Positions 18,079-22,450 of a stretch of 22,450 nt of DNA are shown one piece after another (position 1 is the stretch's first letter; each line of letters begins with the position of its first letter). The position numbers were made by a program, and so were the translations under genes. This DNA comes from an uncultured Oligoflexus sp. (GTDB lineage Bacteria; Bdellovibrionota_B; Oligoflexia; Oligoflexales; Oligoflexaceae). A model generated the notes under the pieces. The model was given only the letters and a program-made list of their open reading frames with translations, did not search any database and was not told where the DNA came from. Location of the stretch: assembly GCA_964236955.1 (NCBI GenBank), contig CAXSGP010000044.1, positions 1-22,450 of the forward strand. The letters are read 5' to 3'.

Positions 18079-18990
18079 ATGCCGACCTTACCTTCTGAAT
18101 CTGTCAAGACAAAAGCTAGCGACCATGCGCCGCAAGTGATAGGTCGTCTTATCTATATGATGAATCCATCCGCATTTGAAATTGTGCAGGCCATCAATCC
18201 TCATATGCGGGACGCTGCGGGTCGGCTTCATTCCATTAATAAAAGCCGGGCTCTCGCCCAGTGGCGGGCTCTCAAGGCGATCTACGAAAGCCTTAATTTT
18301 AGAGTGCAGGTACTTGAAGTGGGCGAGCAATGCCCTGACATGGTGTTTTGCGCCAATCAATCGTTCCCTTTTTTAGACGATGGGGCGCGGCCGCAGATCA
18401 TTCTGAGCAATATGGCAAACGAACTTCGGCAAGCCGAGGTGGCTCTCGTTGCCCGGCAATTTGTTGCCTGTGGCGTTATCACCAACGGTCTGCCGGACCG
18501 CAGTCCAGAGTATCTATTTGAGGGTATGGGCGATGCGCTGTGGGTCCCTGGGCGCCGACTGATCTGCGGTGGCTACGGCACCCGAACCAAAAAAGCTATT
18601 TATGAAAGCGTGGTGGCTATAACCGGGGCACCAGTCGTGCTTTTCGAACTTATTCATCCGCGTTTCTATCATCTCGACACCTGTTTGAGCATACTCGACG
18701 ACCAGACTGTCCTGGCCGCAAGGGAAGGCTTTCATCCCCGGGATTGGCTCCGCTTAAAGGAACTTTTTCCCCGTGTGATCGAAGTCGATCTCAAGGAGGC
18801 TGATTTCCCCGGCTTCGCCTGCAACGCCCATTGTCCGGATAAAAGGCATGTGATCATTCAAAGGGGCAATACCAAAACCTCTGCTGCCCTTAGCGCGCTT
18901 GGGTATATTCCCATAGAGGTCGATACCGATGAATATATTAAGTCAGGTGGGTCAGTATTCTGCATGAAACTTCAGGCCCTTTGGGACTAA
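18079..18990 (+). CDS. Amidinotransferase (pentein) family protein, arginine deiminase/DDAH/citrullinase-like
   Basis: INPHM, PDMVFCAN, FEGMGDA, FYHLDT, FACNA and KSGGSVFCM (catalytic Cys). ATG 18079 used; TTG 18067 is an alternative. Confidence 0.88.
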   Translation: MPTLPSESVKTKASDHAPQVIGRLIYMMNPSAFEIVQAINPHMRDAAGRLHSINKSRALAQWRALKAIYESLNFRVQVLEVGEQCPDMVFCANQSFPFLDDGARPQIILSNMANELRQAEVALVARQFVACGVITNGLPDRSPEYLFEGMGDALWVPGRRLICGGYGTRTKKAIYESVVAITGAPVVLFELIHPRFYHLDTCLSILDDQTVLAAREGFHPRDWLRLKELFPRVIEVDLKEADFPGFACNAHCPDKRHVIIQRGNTKTSAALSALGYIPIEVDTDEYIKSGGSVFCMKLQALWD

Positions 18991-19177
18991 ATGGAGGATA
19001 GGCCAAGAATTTTAATCGAGTGATAAAGATTTGATAACTTAGATAAATTTCGTTTTTTAGAAGGGCTGGACAACGGCCTCATTGGCTGTTTCTGAATTTT
19101 GGATTCTTTATGAGCAATCCCTGGACTCTTCTCATCAATACCAAGGTAGCCTTACTCCGACTCTTTCCCAGGTGTAA

Positions 19178-19204
19178 TAAAGTTTTCACGGAACGGACCG
19201 ATTA
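19178..19204 (+). promoter_or_regulatory. Sigma28 (FliA)-like promoter of the M15 peptidase
   Basis: TAAAGTTT-N11-ACCGATTA: exact -35 octamer, canonical spacing, 30 nt before the ATG. Confidence 0.7.
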
Positions 19205-19234
19205 TTCCTATAGTACGATCTAGGAAACATAGTC

Positions 19235-20056
19235 ATGCACCGCCGGACTCTCATCAAAGGACTTATAAGCAGCATCGCAGCTCTCCAGACCAGGACGAGC
19301 TTCGGGCAGGACATGAGTCAGCCGGTGGTGTTAGACCCAGCGACCGCGGATCGGATGCAGTACAAGATCAAGCATTTTGATGAAGATTTTGCTGATGATT
19401 TCTTTCTGCACGAAGCGCAGCTGAAAGTCCTGCTGTCTATCATCGGCAAACTGTCTGAAGCCAAACGTCTCGTTGGCTACGGGCATTTCAATCTGATTTC
19501 CTTTGATGAACTTCTTAAAGTCCTGGCCTTTAGCGAACTCGGAAATTTTACCCAACTGGAACTTGATTTCATCGAGGCCACCTATTTTCGCGATGCCCGC
19601 GAGTATGGGTTTTTCGGATCGAAAGTATTGAGTGAGATCACTTCGAAGATTGATGGGGCCAAGGCCATCAAAATTCCTGGGACCGGGCATTTCCTGTACC
19701 GGGGGCGGCCAGAGATTCTTTATGCGGAATTAAAAAAAGACGTTGGTTCTGATATTGTTTTGACATCCGGCATCCGCAGTGTCGTCAAGCAGCTCGACCT
19801 CTTCTTCAACAAAGCCGTTCAATGCAATGGCAACTTCTCAAGAGCCTCGCGTTCCCTGGCGCCTCCGGGCTATTCCTTCCACGGCATCGGCGATTTCGAT
19901 GTTGGGAAAAGCGGCTTTGGTGCGGATAATTTCACCGATAATTTTGCCACCACCGAGGTCTACAAGCGTCTCATTGACCTCGGCTATGTAAACATCCGCT
20001 ACACCGAAAGCAACAGTTATGGCGTTCGTTATGAACCCTGGCATATCAAAGTCTAA
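19235..20056 (+). CDS. M15B (VanY-like) D-Ala-D-Ala carboxypeptidase with twin-arginine signal
   Basis: MHRRTLIKG Tat-like signal; SGIRS..Q, APPGYSFHGIGDFD (Zn His/Asp) and YEPWH. Confidence 0.88.
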   Translation: MHRRTLIKGLISSIAALQTRTSFGQDMSQPVVLDPATADRMQYKIKHFDEDFADDFFLHEAQLKVLLSIIGKLSEAKRLVGYGHFNLISFDELLKVLAFSELGNFTQLELDFIEATYFRDAREYGFFGSKVLSEITSKIDGAKAIKIPGTGHFLYRGRPEILYAELKKDVGSDIVLTSGIRSVVKQLDLFFNKAVQCNGNFSRASRSLAPPGYSFHGIGDFDVGKSGFGADNFTDNFATTEVYKRLIDLGYVNIRYTESNSYGVRYEPWHIKV

Positions 20057-20145
20057 ATCCACCGCCGTTGATTCCTGATCGGTATATTCGCCTGACCGGC
20101 TGACTGCGTTCGGCTCCAAGCAAAGATTTACCCAAAGAATAACCT

Positions 20146-20177
20146 AAAAATGACAGGGGACTCCTGTCGTGAGTCCC
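20146..20177 (-). terminator. Terminator of the PA14 gene with an overlapping alternative hairpin
   Basis: GACAGG(20152-57)/CCTGTC(20163-68) next to an A5 run (U-tract on minus). Overlapping stem GGGACTC(20157-63)/GAGTCCC(20171-77). Confidence 0.55.
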
Positions 20178-20207
20178 AGCTTCCGTTGTGGTTGGGCACT
20201 GAGCCTA

Positions 20208-21227
20208 TTATTGAAAGGCGCTAGGCGGGACGATGATAAAGTCCTGCGTGCCGGGGACCTTCCAAAACAGCTCCAAAGCGATTTCATCAGCCGGCCCCTG
20301 GAAATAGTCGAGAACGATTTGATGGGGACCTTTGGTGAGTTCTAGAGCGGCGTCGAGGGCATTGGGAGAATGCTGGCCATCGTTATTGATCAAAGCAGCG
20401 CCATCGATGCTCAAAATCGAACCATCGTCGGAATTCAGACGGAAAGTATAAGTTCCGCTCTTAGGCACGATGATTTTGGCTGCCGTATGCAGTGCAAACC
20501 ACTCGAAGAGTTTAGGGACGCCTGGGAAGCCTTCGGTAAAATTTCTGACCGGGACATCGTATTGATCCATGCAGACAGTCGTTATCTTATCGCTTGGGAT
20601 GGAAGCAAAATCCGGGAGGTGAATCGTGTCTCTAGGGAGCCTGTAAACATCGGCAATTATGGGGAAAATGCTTGTGCCTTTGCTACAGCCGACAAATATT
20701 TGTTCGGTTGGAATCAGCTGCAGCTCATCACTGTCGGCAATTTTTGGATCATCAGCCAGGGCTGCTGTGATGACGACCTTGGTCTCCTTTTCAAGATTAA
20801 GCGGGCTCGTATAAAGTCCTTCGCTGTCGATTTTTCCGACATCGATACCTTCAGGACCTTTGACCGACCATACTACCTTGGCATTGACTGGTCCCCGGAT
20901 CACGACCTTCGTCTGCATGGTTTTGCCGCCGGATCTGATTTCCTTTGAGGGAAGGACGAGATCCAAAGTGCTGGCTACCGGTGTCTCCACCTCGGGCTCG
21001 GGATTGGGTGCGATCACGGGCTCAGAGCTTGACTCGGCAACGGGATCAGCGTCAGGCGTTTCATTGGTTGCGCTACTGTTGCCATCGGGCGACTCAGCAC
21101 GGTTCGCATCAATTGCCTTTGGAACATTTGCTCGAATCGTACGGCCTTTAAAGCTTGATGATTCCGAGCAACCCACCCCCATTAATACCAGTGGCATTCC
21201 AAGGTAAATTAATTTTTGAATTTTCAT
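20208..21227 (-). CDS. PA14-domain lipoprotein with an Ig-like domain
   Basis: Signal ending GVGC, acidic Pro-rich linker, Ig-like segment (VVWSV..GKIDSEGLYTSP) and PA14 motifs GTYTFRLNSDDGS..IDG..INNDGQH..LDYFQ..LELFW. RBS AGGGGA supports start 21227. Confidence 0.85.
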   Translation of the reverse strand: MKIQKLIYLGMPLVLMGVGCSESSSFKGRTIRANVPKAIDANRAESPDGNSSATNETPDADPVAESSSEPVIAPNPEPEVETPVASTLDLVLPSKEIRSGGKTMQTKVVIRGPVNAKVVWSVKGPEGIDVGKIDSEGLYTSPLNLEKETKVVITAALADDPKIADSDELQLIPTEQIFVGCSKGTSIFPIIADVYRLPRDTIHLPDFASIPSDKITTVCMDQYDVPVRNFTEGFPGVPKLFEWFALHTAAKIIVPKSGTYTFRLNSDDGSILSIDGAALINNDGQHSPNALDAALELTKGPHQIVLDYFQGPADEIALELFWKVPGTQDFIIVPPSAFQ

Positions 21228-21385
21228 TTTATCTTCCCCTTTGAGACTCATGACCCTTGATGGGCTGCTCATCGGCCGAAGTTCAAATTTGATAAGAAAA
21301 TATTCTTAAGAATTTCTCTGGTCATGATCCAGACCTCGTGCCGCGTGGGGGGGCAACAGCCGTGTGTAAAGTTCAAGAAATGGAG

Positions 21386-22450
21386 TTAAAGAGAAAGAAA
21401 ATCAAGGCTTCGATCCTGACTTCCCAGCCGTTGACGATCTGAGGTTAGCGCCTTCGTTTGGCTTGAGGCTGCTGGGTTTTTAATATATTTGCTCAGTTCA
21501 TTGAGCAGCAGGCGGACGTCGTCGCAGTCGCGCAATCGATAGAGCGCGGCCGAAGCATGGCCACCGACCACGATCGAGAATCCGTCTTTGGGCACAGCTT
21601 TGAACATGTCCTCATCGGTCCTGTCATCACCAATAGCGACGATGGTGATGTCAGCATCTGTTTTTAATAAATGAGTTATGACAGTTCCTTTGTTGAGCTT
21701 GGGAAATCTGACTTCCACGGCTTTTTTGCCGTCAAGAATCTCAAGGCAAGGAAAATCTTCGGTGATTCGATCTCTAACTTCAGAAACGGCGGCTACTGCA
21801 TCCTGGTTATTGCAGTTTCTATAGTGAAAACACACGCTGAAGACTTTAGTTTCAACGTGCGCGCCCGGGAATCGACCCGCTATGAATTCTAGCATTTGCG
21901 AAAGTTTTTCGAGCTTCGCTGTTTCCGCGGGCTCGATGATGGCCGGCGATGTTTCGTTATCGTTTACAGCCCCGTGCTCAGCATGAAGCTGGATGGGAAG
22001 CCCCGCGAACCAACTCTTCAATTCGTGCATGGGCCGACCGCTGACGATGTGAAGATCACAGACCTTCGATAGGACGATAAGTATCTTGCGCAAGTCATGG
22101 TCGGGAATCGCCGATGCTGCCACCTTAACGATGGGGAAGAGAGTGCCGTCGTAATCGAGCATGACCTTAAGCGGCATGGGCTCTCTGGCAATGAGCTTAG
22201 CCAGAAGCACGGGATTGTCGAACTTTTGCCCGAGCGTCGCGGGCGGTGTCAGGCTCAGCTGCTTCAGAAAATTTTCCGCCCATTCAGAGGTTCTAAAAGA
22301 CATGACTCGACCCCGGAGGGCATGCATGCGCGCCTGGCGTTCCTCCTTCGGCATCTCGACGGCTGTTTTGAAGTTGGTGGCCAATTGAACGATATCATAG
22401 GGATTGATCATCAATGCCTCATGGTGTTCGCTGGCGGCACCCGCGCATTC
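21386..22450 (-). CDS. otsAB: Bifunctional trehalose-6-phosphate synthase/phosphatase (3' part; 5' end outside window)
   Basis: The frame is open to the window edge, reading ECAGAA..ALMINPYD (GT20 C-terminus). It is followed in frame by HAD motifs LDYDGTL, IVSGR, AEHG, FHYR, GKKAVEVR, KG and IGDDRTDEDMF. Confidence 0.9.
   Translation of the reverse strand, partial: ECAGAASEHHEALMINPYDIVQLATNFKTAVEMPKEERQARMHALRGRVMSFRTSEWAENFLKQLSLTPPATLGQKFDNPVLLAKLIAREPMPLKVMLDYDGTLFPIVKVAASAIPDHDLRKILIVLSKVCDLHIVSGRPMHELKSWFAGLPIQLHAEHGAVNDNETSPAIIEPAETAKLEKLSQMLEFIAGRFPGAHVETKVFSVCFHYRNCNNQDAVAAVSEVRDRITEDFPCLEILDGKKAVEVRFPKLNKGTVITHLLKTDADITIVAIGDDRTDEDMFKAVPKDGFSIVVGGHASAALYRLRDCDDVRLLLNELSKYIKNPAASSQTKALTSDRQRLGSQDRSLDFLSL

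Noticed and set aside
19021..19046. Three GATAA repeats as a Fur box
   Set aside because: Spacings of 11 and 9 nt do not fit the Fur hexamer array, and the context is AT-rich.
19235..20056. Vancomycin-resistance vanY
   Set aside because: No vanHAX or vanRS genes nearby; M15B peptidases are common housekeeping enzymes in Gram-negative bacteria.
21302..21313. Palindrome ATTCTTAAGAAT upstream of the PA14 gene
   Set aside because: Single AT-rich occurrence with no second copy in the window; cannot be distinguished from chance.
1..22450. CRISPR array, transposase, integrase, prophage or anti-phage defence locus
   Set aside because: No repeat-spacer periodicity or mobile-element motifs. Both nuclease-fold proteins carry export signals, which argues against cytoplasmic defence.

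Overview
Gene-dense bacterial chromosomal window with 15 supportable CDSs (one truncated at the right edge) and no rRNA, tRNA, CRISPR or mobile element. The lipoprotein styles (vWA/MIDAS, PA14) and sigma28-like promoters suggest Bdellovibrionota/Oligoflexia; this is inference only. In order: a secreted S1/P1-nuclease/Zn-PLC-family enzyme and an FAD oxidoreductase (-); a divergent three-gene operon (+) encoding an unknown outer-membrane beta-barrel, a lipoprotein with two DUF5017-like domains, and a 5'-nucleotidase-C/OB-fold/EEP nuclease fusion; a vWA lipoprotein; an M14 peptidase with an OlsB-like GNAT facing an OlsA/PlsC-like acyltransferase; parE-parC; a G-rich, rod-folding intergenic segment; an amidinotransferase; a Tat-exported M15 D,D-carboxypeptidase; a PA14 lipoprotein; and the 3' end of a fused trehalose-6-P synthase/phosphatase. 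The best candidate for an undescribed system is 3178-8957, a putative surface DNA capture, degradation and uptake module with no TonB-dependent receptor. All family assignments come from reading motifs by eye, not from searches.
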